Below, piece after piece: positions 15,920 to 29,310 of a stretch of DNA of 64,000 nucleotides (within the stretch, counting starts at the first letter, position 1; every line of letters starts with the position of its first letter). The translations under genes and the position numbers were made by a program. Below the pieces are notes generated by a model. The model was not told the DNA's origin. It was given only the letters and a program-made list of their open reading frames with translations, and did not search any database. This stretch comes from the human T2T-CHM13v2.0 reference genome, Homo sapiens, in assembly GCF_009914755.1 (NCBI RefSeq), contig NC_060928.1; one strand, given 5' to 3'.

Positions 15920-16030
15920 AGTTTCATCTCATCCAAACATTCAGCAAACATTTCACTAACGCCTACTATGTCAACGGCATTATGAAGGATTGTGCACATG
16001 ACCTCACAGTTTCTGCCCTCAAGGAGCTTG
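15920..16030 (-). mobile_element. L2 3'-end relic in the spacer between the two LTR12s
   Basis: cattcagcaaacatttcactaacgcctactatgtc...ctgccctcaaggagctt. Confidence 0.5.
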
Positions 16031-16235
16031 TATACACAATTCTCTTTAACATAAGACACACAGGAAGGAAAGACACATAACCATTGAAAGAAAGCCCTAG
16101 ACAAAAGATGAAAGGGCAGAAATTGATTTCCCTTCCAGATATCTCTTAAATCTTTTTCTGTCTTCCTAAGTTCAGATGTAGGTGCATGGCCAAGGTGTGT
16201 AACTACCCAGACAGCAATGATTTGGTATACCCTTA

Positions 16236-17918
16236 TGAGAGGTGACAATGTGCTGGTGACCCTCGCTCGCTCTCAGTGCCTCCTTGGCCTTGGCGTCTTG
16301 CTCTGGCCACCCTTGAGGAACTCTTCAGCCCACCACTGCACTGTGGGAGCCCCTCTCTGGGCTGGCCGAGGCTGGAGCCAGCTCCCTCTGTTTGCAGGGA
16401 GTTGTGGAGGGAGAGGCGCTGGCAGGAACCGGGGATGCACACAGTGCTTGCAGGCCAGCGCGGGTTCCAGGTGGGTGTGGGCTTGGCAGGCCCAGCACTC
16501 AGAGTGGCCAGCTGGTGCCAATGGCCCCAGGCAGCGAGGGGCTTAGCACCGGGGGGCCAGCAGCTGCAGAGGGGGCACCGGGTCCCCCAGCACTGCCGGC
16601 TTGCCTGCGCTGTGCTTGAATTCTCACCCAGCCTTAGCCACCTCCCTGTGGGGCAGGGCTTGGGACCTGCAGCCCACCATGCCCGAGCCCCACATGGTGG
16701 GCTCCTGCACGGCCCCAGCCTCCCTGACAGGCACCGCCCCCTGCTCCGCTGCACCTGGTCCCATCCACTGCCTAAGGGCTGAGGAGTGCAAGCGCGTGGT
16801 GTGGGACTGGCAGGCAGTTCTGCCTATGGCCCTGGTGCGGGATCCACTAGGTGAAGCCAGCTGGGCTCCTGAGTCGGGTGGGGACTTGGAGACCTTTTAT
16901 GTCTAGCTGGAGGATTGTATATGTACCCATCTGCACTCTATGTCTAGCTCGGGGTTCGTGGATGCACCAATCAGCACTCTGTATCTAGCTAATCTAGTGG
17001 GGACTTGGAAAACCTTTGTGTCTAGCTCAGGGATTGTAAATGCACCAATCAGCACTCTGTGTCTAGCTCGAGGTTTGTAAATGCACCAATCAGTGCTCTG
17101 TGTCTAGCTAATCTAGTGGGGAGTTGGAGAATTTTTGTGTCTAGCTAAAGGATTGTAAACATACCAATCAGCACTCTGTGTCTAGCTCAAGGTTTGTAAA
17201 TGAGACAATCAACACCCTTTGTATAGTTCAAGGTTTGTAAATGCACCAATCAGTGCTCTGTGTCTAGTTAATCTAGTGGGGACTTGGAGAACTTTGATGT
17301 CTAGCTAGAGGATTGTAAATACACCAATCAGCCCTCTGTGTCTAGCTCAGGGACTGTAAATGCACCAATCAGCACCCTGTCAAAACAGACCAATCAGCTC
17401 TCTGTAAAATGGACCAATCAGCTCTCTGTAAAATGGGCCAATCAGTAGGATGTGGGTGGGGTCAGATAAGGAATAAAAGCAGGCTGCCTGAGCTAGCAGT
17501 GGCAATCTGCTCCTGTCACCTTCTGCAGTGTGGAAGCTTTGTTTTTTCGCTCTTTGCAATAAATCTTGCTGCTGCTCACCCTTTAGGTCTGAACCGCCTG
17601 TATGAGCTGTAACACTCACCGTGAAGGTCTGCAGCTTCACTCATGAGGCCAGTGAGACCATGAACCCACAGGGAGGAATGAACAACTCCAGATGCGCCAC
17701 CTTAAGAGCTATAACATTCACCGCAAAGGTCTGCAGCTTCACTCCTGAAGCCAGCAAGACCAGGAACCCACCAGAAGGAAGAAACTCCAAACAAGTCCAA
17801 ATATCAGAAGGAACAAACTCTGGACACACCATCCTTAAGAACTGTAACACTCACTGCGAGTGTCCACGGCTTCATTCTTGAAGTCAGTGAGACCAAGAAC
17901 CCACCAATTTTGGACACA
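16236..17918 (+). mobile_element. LTR12 (D/E-like) solo LTR
   Basis: TG...CA termini (tgagaggtgacaatg...ttttggacaca); perfect 4-bp TSD CTTA at 16232-16235 and 17919-17922. Confidence 0.95.
16875..17480 (+). promoter_or_regulatory. Expanded LTR12 U3 tandem enhancer array and promoter
   Basis: About 40-bp repeats with 10 CCAAT boxes (16967-17442), 4 GTGGGGA motifs, GATAAG, intact AATAAAA TATA-like box at 17472; poly(A) signal at 17558. Confidence 0.75.
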
Positions 17919-17936
17919 CTTAGATTACTAATCTTT

Positions 17937-18246
<310 letters not shown>

Positions 18247-18686
18247 AAGATTACTGATCTTTAAATATCTGTTTAGCATTTATTTGACTAGATAAGAAAG
18301 ATATAATTTCTATTCATGAAGAACATATTTTTATATGTATGTATATATTTTAGGTTCTAAATAAGCAACTTATAATATGCCAAGATGAGTGAACCTTGGT
18401 TCACAGTCAGATGTGAGACCTAACATTTTAAGATTTCAAATGTTCAGTTTAATTTCTGCCCTTGAGCATTTACTACTAGACTGATGAAAAACTGTGGGCC
18501 TTTCAGGAGTTCCTGACTATCCCAGGGTTGTATCCTGGTGACAAGAGAGGAATGGAGCGTGTTAGGTTCTCAGATATTGATACAAACTGAGTATCAATTA
18601 AAAAATATAAAAAGTGTTCACAGATATCTGAGATTCTAGTGTCTCAAACTGTTATCTCAGCCATATTCTCTTGAGTAGATTATTGT

Positions 18687-18901
18687 ATAGACAGGAACTC
18701 ACTTGTCACCCAGGCTGGAGTGTAGTGGGGCAAACACAGCTCACTGTAGCCTCAACCTCCCAGGCTCAAGTGATCCTCCCAACTCAGCTTCCTGAGTAGT
18801 TGGGGCTACAGGCATGTGCCACCACACCTGGCTTACTGTTGTATTTTTTTGTAGATATGGGGTCTTGCCATGTTTCCTAGGCTGCTTTTGAATTCCTGAG
18901 T
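18687..18901 (-). mobile_element. Truncated AluJ
   Basis: cagctcactgtagcctcaacctcccaggctcaagtgatcctccc is AluJ-type; left arm incomplete. Confidence 0.85.
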
Positions 18902-19885
18902 GCAGGACATGGCTGTTTATTCGAGATAGTAGCTGCAAAGCTTTGGACGTTGGGTGGGCTGAGTAGAGTCCTCATTATGAGGTGCAGTCTCATTTTCCCG
19001 TCAGATCCTAAGTCCTCTGAGCATGGGACCTCTCTTGTTATTCCTCTTCCTGCAACCTAGGCACAGGCAAACAGAATTACCCAGAATTCGTGTTATCTGG
19101 TGTGAGTAGAGAAACTATAATGGACTCAGACTAGACCCTCTAAATTCCTGGGACAGTCCCTAAAGGCCTTAGCTCCCATATCATTAGTCATGTCCCCACT
19201 CCTACCCAACATACCATCCATTATGCAATGTTCTTGTACTCCACAGGCAGCTCCAAGAGAAGGGGTTCTTGCATTTTCCTAATTGCTAGCTTCTGCCCTA
19301 GAATGTTCACCCTCTGAGGTCAGGCAGCTTCCTTTAAGACCTTCTTATGGAGGCTTTCTTTTTCAGCACAGCCTCTTCGTCCATGCTGTGGGCATGTCTG
19401 CATTGTTATCACAAGGCCAGTTTCATTAGAATGCAACTGGCAAATCTAGCTTCTCTAGGAAAGTTTCCTCATCTCCTATGTATAAATCTCATTCTACAAA
19501 CTCAAGTTTTCAACAAATAGAGTTATTTTGTTCTCTATAACTCAAGCTAAATTGTTGGCTCTCGGCTGGTGGAAAACTTAACATTGGTCCTTCCTGAGGA
19601 TTTAACCACTTGAATTGTCACGAGTTTCGGGACCACCAAGGATTTAATAGGGAACCAAACCATCAGATAACAAAGAGATGGCAATGAATGAATGACTGTC
19701 TAAGTAACTAATTCCTTCACGTATTCCCATGCCATTCTACAGGCCCAAAAATCTTTTACAAAATTGCCTATAATTCAGTATGTCTGAAGGCATTGCTCAA
19801 GATTTTTCATCGAGTTTTACCAATTCCCTAAGGAAATATCCCCTATACTCATAATTCAAAACGCAGAATCCACAAATCTCCCTCT

Positions 19886-19912
19886 CTGTGTGTGTGTGTG
19901 TCTGTGTGTATG
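19886..19912. repeat. (TG)n microsatellite
   Basis: Seen directly. Confidence 0.85.
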
Positions 19913-21551
19913 TCTTCTTCTTTCTCTTTCCTATTTCTGGCATTAACACCTTCTAAGCTAAGATATCCTTTTCCTTGGCAGGACAACAAAACCAAAAAAA
20001 AAAAAAAAAAAAAAACAAAACATGCAATGAACAACAACAACTAAAATGCCCCGAATAAAATCTCTTATTTCACTCATCTAACTTTTCTAAATCAAATATA
20101 CAAGAAACTGAAATGGAATGTCTATTGACTTCCTTTTTTCCTGTTTTCTTGCTAGAAGGTTTTCTTCCTTTTAAAAAATAGCTTGTGGTTTTTCTTTAAC
20201 ATTTTTGTGGTACTTTCCTTAAATCTCAGAATTTCTTTGAGAGAAGTATCAAAGGTCTTAATTTATATAACAAAATAAGCTTTTCAATCTGTGTGGCATA
20301 CTCTATGATTTTGTAATTTAAAGTGACTGCAATTTCTGACTAAAGGTTTCAGGACTGTTTTGGCCTACAGTAGCATTTCCCACTTTGAACATCTCAACTA
20401 AACAAACAAACAAATGCACACTGAACAGAGATAATAGTCTTTGAAATTTTTTTTCTCTTTAATTCAGTGGGAGCATAATTAATGTGTATTTTGCCATTTT
20501 GTTAATTATGTTAAAAGTCTTTGTAAGAAACTCAATTTAGCTAGTATGACATTTTCAGTCTGTTCAGTGATTATTTTAATGTTAGTATTTCAGGCATCTG
20601 CCTGACTGGTCAATTCTGTAATCTGACACTGGTCTACCCTCATACCTTGCTTGCACCACTGTAATAGACACCTCATTAATCTCCTGCCTCTGGTCATGCC
20701 TTATTACAGTCATTCAGCCATAGGGTAGCCAGAGGTGTGTGTCTAAAATGCAAATATAATTAAGGTACTCCCTTATTTAAGCCCCTTTATTGACTTCTCA
20801 GAATCTATGTTGGTGAACTGTAACAGCTACCTACTTAGGTTCTCTTTTAATCATGCAGAATACTAGGCCCTACTTCATAGTTACTGATTGAAAATTTTTG
20901 GTGAGACTGGGAAATCTCTTCTGGGGTTTGGAAATTTGCAATTTGCATTTGAACTAGAACTCTGCAAAACTCTTATGCCTGACAAAGATTCAGAATCACT
21001 GAAAGTAGTAATAAAAAAGTCATTAAATATGATTACTTTGCTTATTCTTCTACTATTATGAACTCTTTGCTCAAGCCATGCTTGATTACTCATATTTTCT
21101 CATTTCTTTTATGCCTTCTTGCTTTTCACATGCTATTTCTTCTATCTTGACTGCCCATTCTTATCTTTTTAACTGGCTAATTGCTACTTGTTCTATAAGA
21201 GGCAATAAGAACAATCCTTCATCTGTGAAGTCTTTCCTGACCTCCCACTTCCCATAGAGAACCATTCTCACCTCTTTAAGTGTTCCTATCACACTTAATA
21301 AATATCATCGTTGCAGAGAGAAAGGGCTCCAGTTAAAACTAGTGGCCAGCTGTGAGTAGTGTGACCAAAGACAGGGTATGAACTAATACACATGACTCTG
21401 ACTGTGAGAGTGGTAATTTTATTTTTTCAGTGTTCTATATTAGCATTTGCATACAGTGGCTGTTGTATAGAAGGCATTCAGTAATTTTTTGAAAGAATAT
21501 ATTTTTAAAATGTGTAATTGGAAATATGACAGAACTTTTTCTCTTTTCTAG

Positions 21552-21745
21552 GATTTAACAACTCAAGTCAGGCCAAAGCTGAAGAAACTGTCACTAAATG
21601 CATTCTATTTTAAGGATAGCTACCAAAAATTGGTGCCATATTTCTTCTTCTGGGACTTACTAAGTGCTATTAGAATCAGCCCTCCTTTTACCATTTACCC
21701 TCTCAACCTTAGTTTCTGCCCAGTATATCTAGAGAGTGTGGGAAG
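21552..21745 (+). other. Candidate internal exon (194 nt)
   Basis: Acceptor ctttttctcttttctag|G, donor AAG|gtaaga; one reading frame open throughout; no transcript evidence. Confidence 0.3.
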
Positions 21746-23696
21746 GTAAGAGAGAAAGGGAGTGCCACCAGAGTCATGGCCTCATGGGAAGTGAATTGTG
21801 GATGGTGAGAGGCTATCCCAGCTTGAGGGTGAAAGGTTGGGCACTCTCCTGCCAAATCAAGTGACAGAAATGCTTTAAAAGAATCAGTCACATACATGTG
21901 CTACAATAAGAAAGCCTGAAGTACATTCTTTCATTTTGAATATACACATGGGCTGTGGATTTCTGACTTTGTCTCTCTCTGCCTTTCTGAGCAGAGAAAA
22001 AGAAAATTGGAGAGAAGAGGCAGGGAAGAGTGGGGTGTATGTGAAGCAGGAGGCATGATCACTGCCATGGTACAGATATGTGAATTTCCTCTGTGTCTGT
22101 GCACACCATGGAAGGTAACTCGTATTCAGCCATCCTTGTGGGGACCAACGCAGGAGGGCAGATCATCAAGGAACATGGCTTTATGTGAGGTAGACTCCAA
22201 GGCATAGAAGCCCAGAGGATCACAGTGGAAGAGGATGAGCTCAAACTCCCACATCCAGGGCCTGTGCAATGGAAAAGCCCTGTAGAGTGGGAACTGTGAG
22301 TCCCTCTTTAGAGAGGCATATCTGGCAAGCAGAAGTCATCAGTCAATGTTGGCCAGAAAAGCAGCAGCAGCCACCGCAGAGCAAACTGTGACTATACACA
22401 GTTAAATACACTGATGTTCATTATTTTTCTTTCCTTCCTTTTAATGTTCATTATTAAAGTAGTTGCTTCCTAGAGGAAGGAAGGAAAGGAAGAACTGAAA
22501 AAGAAGACATGTCCCTTTTCCGGTTAATCTTCTTAAAGCCACAGCTATAGTCAACAATGGGGCAGAGGAAAGCTTTAAATAGATTATCATGTTAAATTTT
22601 ATACTGAGTTGGATTAACTGTATTGTGGACAATGTTTAGAAAGCTAAAGAAACATCCTATGATGGTCGTTAAAGGATCTGCCCCCCACTGTGGAATGGGA
22701 ATTCAACAAAGTATCTTGGAAAGCAGTGCTTAAAGAAAAATAAGTCATTTAATGTTTTTATATCATCAAGTTGGACTGCCTTTAAAAATCCATTTACTTG
22801 AATGAAAATAATGAACGCTAGAAAGCAACAGGACCAGGGGCCAGTCACATCACAAGAATATCATTTCACTTTTTAAAAGTGTTTCTAGAGGTTTAGAAAT
22901 ACCCAAGACTAATCAAGACAAACAAGGAAACATCAGGATAAGAATGGAGATAAAGAAACTTGTAGTTTGTACAAGCGTCAGTGGGAATAAAAGTGTCAAC
23001 CAGAGTACAGTAAAGTTTATATTGAGTTTATAAATGGGAGAAAAAAACAATTTTTCACCAGTTTTTACTTGGTCTTCCACATTCAGGAAAGGCAATGTAT
23101 TGACGTGGAGAGGATGAGAGCAGCACATCAAATATGAAACCAGCTTGGGTTTTGATGTCAAATGGGCTTTCACCCCTTAAGGCAGTGAGATTATCCCTTG
23201 ACTTTGTATTTGTCCTAGCAACTGAGAAAAACAGTATTACTCATTTTGGATTATAGTGTAAATGAAGTGAAATTGCATACATGCAGAGTATGACTACTGA
23301 CACTGTAAATTCTAATAAATGTGTGGTTTATTTTTCTTTCCAAGAGAAGTATATATCACTGCTGGAGAAAATACTAGCTCTTCACATTATTTAATAGATA
23401 AACCCTCCTACAAAAATATACAGCTCCTTTAACACCAGTTCAACCCCCATCAACCTAATTTTAAGTTATAAACTCTCTCAGGTGTTTTGATTCTGAGGAT
23501 GTGTATTTTGAATGGAGACACCAGTGTTCTCGGTTCTGAAATCCAGAGCTCCATTCTACGTTAATGAACCATTACATGCTTGTGTTTGGTTACTAACCCT
23601 GACTCCACCCTCGAAAGTCTGATTAGTTCTTGGTGAAATGCTAAAAGTAGGATTCTGGATCAGCAAAGCAGAGAGCAAGCCCTTAGAAAGTGGTGA

Positions 23697-24012
<316 letters not shown>

Positions 24013-25039
24013 TATGACTTCCCACTCTCTAAGAAGCAGCCAGTCTTCATGTGTCACGTCACTTCTGCTTCACTTTCGAATTGTTCTGTGGAACCACATT
24101 GTGACTTTGAGAACAGACCCTTTTGGAAAGAAGGCAACTGTAGAGTGCATCATGAAACTACAGCTTTAACACTGGAATGCACAAAATGGCAAACTCATCA
24201 CACAGGATAGTTAGGCAGATTAAACAGCAGGTATGCTCTTCTCCTCAGGGCAGAAAATGACATGAAACTGCATGCAGGCATTAAGGGAAAAGGTTCGCAA
24301 TGTAAAAAATTGTTAGCCACCTGCCAGTTCAGTACAGTAGCAGATGCACATGTTAAATGTTCAAGAAGTCAAAATGAGCTTTTAAAGCTTTTGTGCAGTT
24401 ATAACTTCACTTTTTGTCCTTTGGAAACGTCAGGGCAAACAAGACAATGCTGGGGTGCTTTGTGTGCTTTTAGTCTTTGTCTTGAGAAGAAATAATAATT
24501 TTATTTTTCCAATTAAATACAAAATGTAAAAAAATCTAAAAAATAAATTTATTGACATTTATCTTTTATAATTACATTTCAAAGTTTAACTCCTTCCCCT
24601 AGTATAACATTTTAAGAATACTGGGATTCATTCAGTCAACTCTGCCATTAATTATGCTTTTTGAAATACAAAACTATCAATCTTACCGAGACTGCAGCTA
24701 GATAGTATTCCTTGTAGTTTGTTGATGGCATGGTACATTATAAATGTTTCCTGCAAAACTAAATTTTCAGCACATGTTATAGATACTCCCTGTGATTACA
24801 TGTTGTGGCCTTCTCTGATTTGAATTTGCATTCATGTTAGAAATTATCATAATATTTGAGATATAGATAATAAATATTTTTTCATCAATCCATGAATTAG
24901 TGACATGTTTAAGGCATGTCATTCAGAAGATAAAATACTGTGAGTTGAAAAATGGAGTTCATAGAATCATAAATGTTTAGTGCTGAAAAAGATGTTAAGA
25001 CCATTTATTTCATCCACTTCATTTAAAAAACAAGAAACC

Positions 25040-25336
25040 AGACAGGCATAGTGGCTCATTCCTGTAATCCCCGCACTTTGGGAGGCCGAGGTGGGCAGAT
25101 CACTTGAGATTAGGAGTTCGAGAGCAGCCTGGCCAACATGGTGAAACCCCATCTCTACTAAAAATACAAAAATTGGCCGGGCGTGGTGGCAGGCACCTGT
25201 AATCCCAGCTACTCTGGAGGCTGAGCTGGGATAATCTCTTGAACTTGGGAGGTGGAGGTTGTAGTGAGCCAAGATTGGGCCACTGCTCTCCAGCCTGATT
25301 GACAGAGTGAGACTTGGTCTCAATACAATACAATAC
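25040..25336 (+). mobile_element. AluS (Sx/Sz-like) inserted into a MIR
   Basis: Full dimer, (CAATA)n tail, 12-bp TSD aaaacaagaaac at 25027-25038 and 25337-25348; MIR core continues aaactgagg...gtgaaatgacttgc. Confidence 0.93.
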
Positions 25337-25724
25337 AAAACAAGAAACTGAGGACCGAAAAGGTGAAATGACTTGCATAACATTATTGGCTAATCCAAAT
25401 AAAACTATTTTTAAATTTTCAGTGTATAATTTTTTTGTTAAACACATATTCGTCGTCATAGTAATTCAACCCCTATTTAAAGAAACTAACATTGTTTTTT
25501 TTTTGCATATTCAGTTTATTTGTGGATGATACAGATTTCTTCTGATTTCCATTGATGATTTGTATTATCTTCACAGCACAGTGGCTGAAGTGATACTTTA
25601 TAACATTTTCTTTGGTATTTCCACTAAGATAATACTTTATAATAAATATACCTCTATATTAATGAGTAATATGAATTATAAGATATATTTAATATTAATG
25701 AAATAGAACCTCTGCCTTATACAA

Positions 25725-26090
25725 TGTTGAGGTAGGATACTCACCCATGGGTTCCCTGATATTTCCCAGCCTCCTTTGCGGTGAGATGGAACTATATGCT
25801 TGACATTAGACAAAGGATTAGGAAGAAAGGTAACACATATCTCATCCAAGCTGAAGCAGTTAAAAGGTGCAGTACTTCCTCCATACATTTTTATTGTATG
25901 CTGACTCTAGAGTCCATGTGTTGAGAATGTATTATCACAGGATAGTTGCTTGGCTTCCTCTGTTATTACGAAGAGGACAAATCCCTCCTCTACTTTCTAT
26001 CAGACTTTGAGCAAAAAACAAAGCAGAACACTGAAGCCACTGAAATTTCAGGGTTTGTCTGCTGGGCAACTGACACTACCTAGTGTCAGT
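25725..26090 (+). mobile_element. Old MLT1-like LTR
   Basis: atttcccagcctcctttgc...; aagccactgaaatttcagggtttgt. Confidence 0.45.
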
Positions 26091-26729
26091 AATGCAAGCT
26101 ATTTTGTACATATAAGTCTATGCTAATCTGCTTATTTCAGTATTTTTACATAATTGTACATATATTTCCATTTTTAGATATTTATTATTAGTAGAGTATG
26201 TTACTAGCTCACTTCTAGGAGTAGGGAGGATTTTGAGAAATACTTCACTTGGTGGTGAGCACTTGATTTTCAGCCAAGACAATGAAGCTCAACTGGTATT
26301 TTTAGCTCACATACCAGGTTGAAAGGTAAAGTTATTTCATGAGCATGGCTGGCCTGGGGAGAGCAAGCATAAACTCTGGTACTGTGTGGCACTGGAGATT
26401 TTCTACATCATTCCAGAGGTAGCAGGTTAAAACTAGAATAACATACTTTTTTCTTCTTTTTTACTTTTATGATTCTAGATATTCACAGTACACAATAGAA
26501 ACACAATTCTCAAAAAAGTTGGTGAGTAAAAGTTGTTTTTCAAATTCTTTTCAGGGTGATTGGCATATCACTTCCATCTAAGCTCAAAGTATAGGACACA
26601 AAATCTTATTCTCTTATGACACATTCACTGGGGTTTGGATAAGACTAAAAAAAGTGACTGGGTTTATGAATTATTTACAGAATAAGGTAGGTACCATGCT
26701 AATATCATTGATGGAGCCCACATAAATGG

Positions 26730-26880
26730 GATTTAAATTTGGATCCAGACATTTGACAGCTATGTGATGTTTAGATCATCACTTAACAAATTTAAACCTC
26801 AATTTTCCCATTTTTGAAATAGGAATAACATTATGTACTTCATGAATTATTTTTGTGGATTAAGTGATAATGTCCACAGG
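26730..26880 (+). mobile_element. MIR
   Basis: agctatgtgatgttag...tcacttaac...cctcaattttcccatttttgaaataggaataa. Confidence 0.6.
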
Positions 26881-27199
26881 AAGTATACAGGATTAGTGGC
26901 CAATAGCACTGTTTCTCCTTTGTTTTTTTTTTTTGTTGTTGTTGTTGTTTGTTTGTTTGTTTTACTTGTCAAGTGATGATCATTACATTTCCCTACCTAA
27001 CCAACAGAGTTGTCGTATGGGGAAAAATGAAGTTAAACACACAGAAGCAAATTGTAAACTTTATGACTCAAAAATAGATTTTTTAAAATATGTGAATGTT
27101 GCAATAATTCCTATTTTAAAATAACCTGCCTTTTGCAATGTAAATATTACAGGATAATTCTGAAAATATTTCAAAATTCCATCTTTTGATACTCTAGAA

Positions 27200-27398
27200 C
27201 AGGGGTTGGCAACTACAAACCACAGACCTGCTTTTTAAATATTTACTGGAACAGAGCCACGTCCATGCATCTACATATTGTATATGGCTGCTTTCACACT
27301 GGTGTGGAGCAGGTGAGTAGTGGCAAGAGAACCTGATGGCCCTCAATGCCTATAATATTTACATTCTTACCCTCTGCAGAAAAAGTTTGCTGATCCTG
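27200..27398 (+). mobile_element. MER58A-like hAT MITE
   Basis: caggggttggcaa...atggctgctttcacact...gaaaaagtttgctgatcctg with terminal inverted repeats. Confidence 0.8.
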
Positions 27399-27745
27399 CT
27401 AACTTTGAGAAACATACTTGTGAGATGTTGTGATTCCTTTTATTGTAGCCCTCAAGGAAAGTTTCTTTAAATTAAGTTTATGTTTCAAGCCTCTAACATA
27501 TTCTTGATCTTTTAAACCAGGTCAGAATTAAGAGGATTTCACCAATCAAGTGACAAATATTTTAATAATACATTAACAATCTATCAGATGTGAAGTAATT
27601 TTGTAATATTAGAAAAATAAATAAAAATATTGTTTGATCACTTATTTGGTATTTTTTTGAGTGCCTAATTAATCTGTGCTAGGAAGTGTTCTAGTGTCTG
27701 GGTGACCAATTGTATCTTTATACAGCTTACATTCTCCTTGAATAG

Positions 27746-28120
<375 letters not shown>

Positions 28121-28214
28121 TGGAGAGTAATCTATGTTTTGAAGCATATAGCAAACTAAAAGCATAGACAGTGGCTTCCGAAGAGAAGGCAGAGTCCCAT
28201 TAAATGTTTTTTGC

Positions 28215-28420
28215 CAACATTTATCAAATAACTACCATTTGCCAGCTAATATTCTGTGCAGTTCACAACTGTTAACTCACTGGATGCTATTAACAACCCT
28301 ATGAGGATGACACAATTAAGCCCATTTTACAGATGAGGAAACTGAATCAAAGAAGAGGTCAGTAACTGCCTAAAGTCACTGAGCTCACTCATGGTAGAAG
28401 CCAGGATTTGAATTCTAAGA
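28215..28420 (-). mobile_element. MIR
   Basis: acaaccctatgagg...cccattttacagatgaggaaactga...ccaggatttgaa. Confidence 0.85.
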
Positions 28421-28819
28421 AATCCAAATTTAGACTTCAAGCTAGGAATTGGAAGCAGGAAGACTTTGCTGAGCCTACTCACTGAATGATAAGATGGATC
28501 AAGCTATATAAACCCGTTGTGAAGGAGAGTTTGAGGCACAGGGAATAGCAAGCATACAGGCTCAGGGGCTGAAATGTACTTGGGCTACTTGATAGCTAAA
28601 AAGATAGTGTGGCTATAGCAGTAAATAAGGGGGGAAATAGTAGGAAATGATGTCAGACTACATTTGGCGTACAGAACATGGAAAAGAACTTAGATTTTAT
28701 TCTAAGACTGACGATTTTAAACCAGGGAATAATTTGATATAATTTGTATTGTAGGAAAGAGCTCTCCGAATGCTCTGGGAAACTACCGGAGGAAAAGAAT
28801 GGAGGCAAGATGTAGAAGA

Positions 28820-29310
28820 AACTGTCAATTACCTACCCAATATCCACTCTCCCTGCCTCTCTTTTTCTACTAACATAACCCAGTTTTTTTCAGGCTACAC
28901 TGCAGTAGGTAAAAATGATATTTCTTGACTCCCCATGCAGCTCGGAATGGTTACGTGACTGTCAATAAGGCATAATCTGAAGTCTCTGGGTGGGACTTTG
29001 GAAAAAAGCTCTATGCATGTAGCTGACTCAGCAGGCAGCCATTTCTTCTTATCCTGCCACTTTTTCTTTTGTAGACATGGGGGTAGAGGATGAAGACACA
29101 AGGATGAAATTGAAACTGGAAAGATATCTGGAGGGTGGAAGCCATAATCAAAGGATGTCTGAGAAACAAATGGGCCGGGAACTGCAAACTGTTGTACAAG
29201 ACCTGGATCACTATGTTCCAATTCCTAGTTTCATGAGAGAAAAATCATCTCCAATTTTATTTAAACCACATTTATTTGAATTATTTTCCAATATGCAGCT
29301 AAACTCACAC
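28820..29310 (+). mobile_element. Old MLT1-like LTR within L2-like sequence
   Basis: Diverged MLT1 motifs (atgagagaaaaa...tttaaaccac...tgcagctaaac). Confidence 0.4.

Noticed and set aside
16875-17450. Regularly spaced ~40-bp repeats resembling a CRISPR array
   Set aside because: These are the known LTR12 U3 tandem enhancer repeats: no unique spacers, no cas genes, and a primate context.
14424-17881. Many overlapping 60-173 aa ORFs and a CpG-island-like GC peak
   Set aside because: They arise from GC-rich LTR12 sequence where stop codons are rare on both strands; not a host gene or host CpG island.
14458-17918. Two LTRs as the ends of one deleted ERV9 provirus
   Set aside because: Different subtypes, a separate TSD around the second LTR, and a spacer lacking a PBS or internal ERV sequence.
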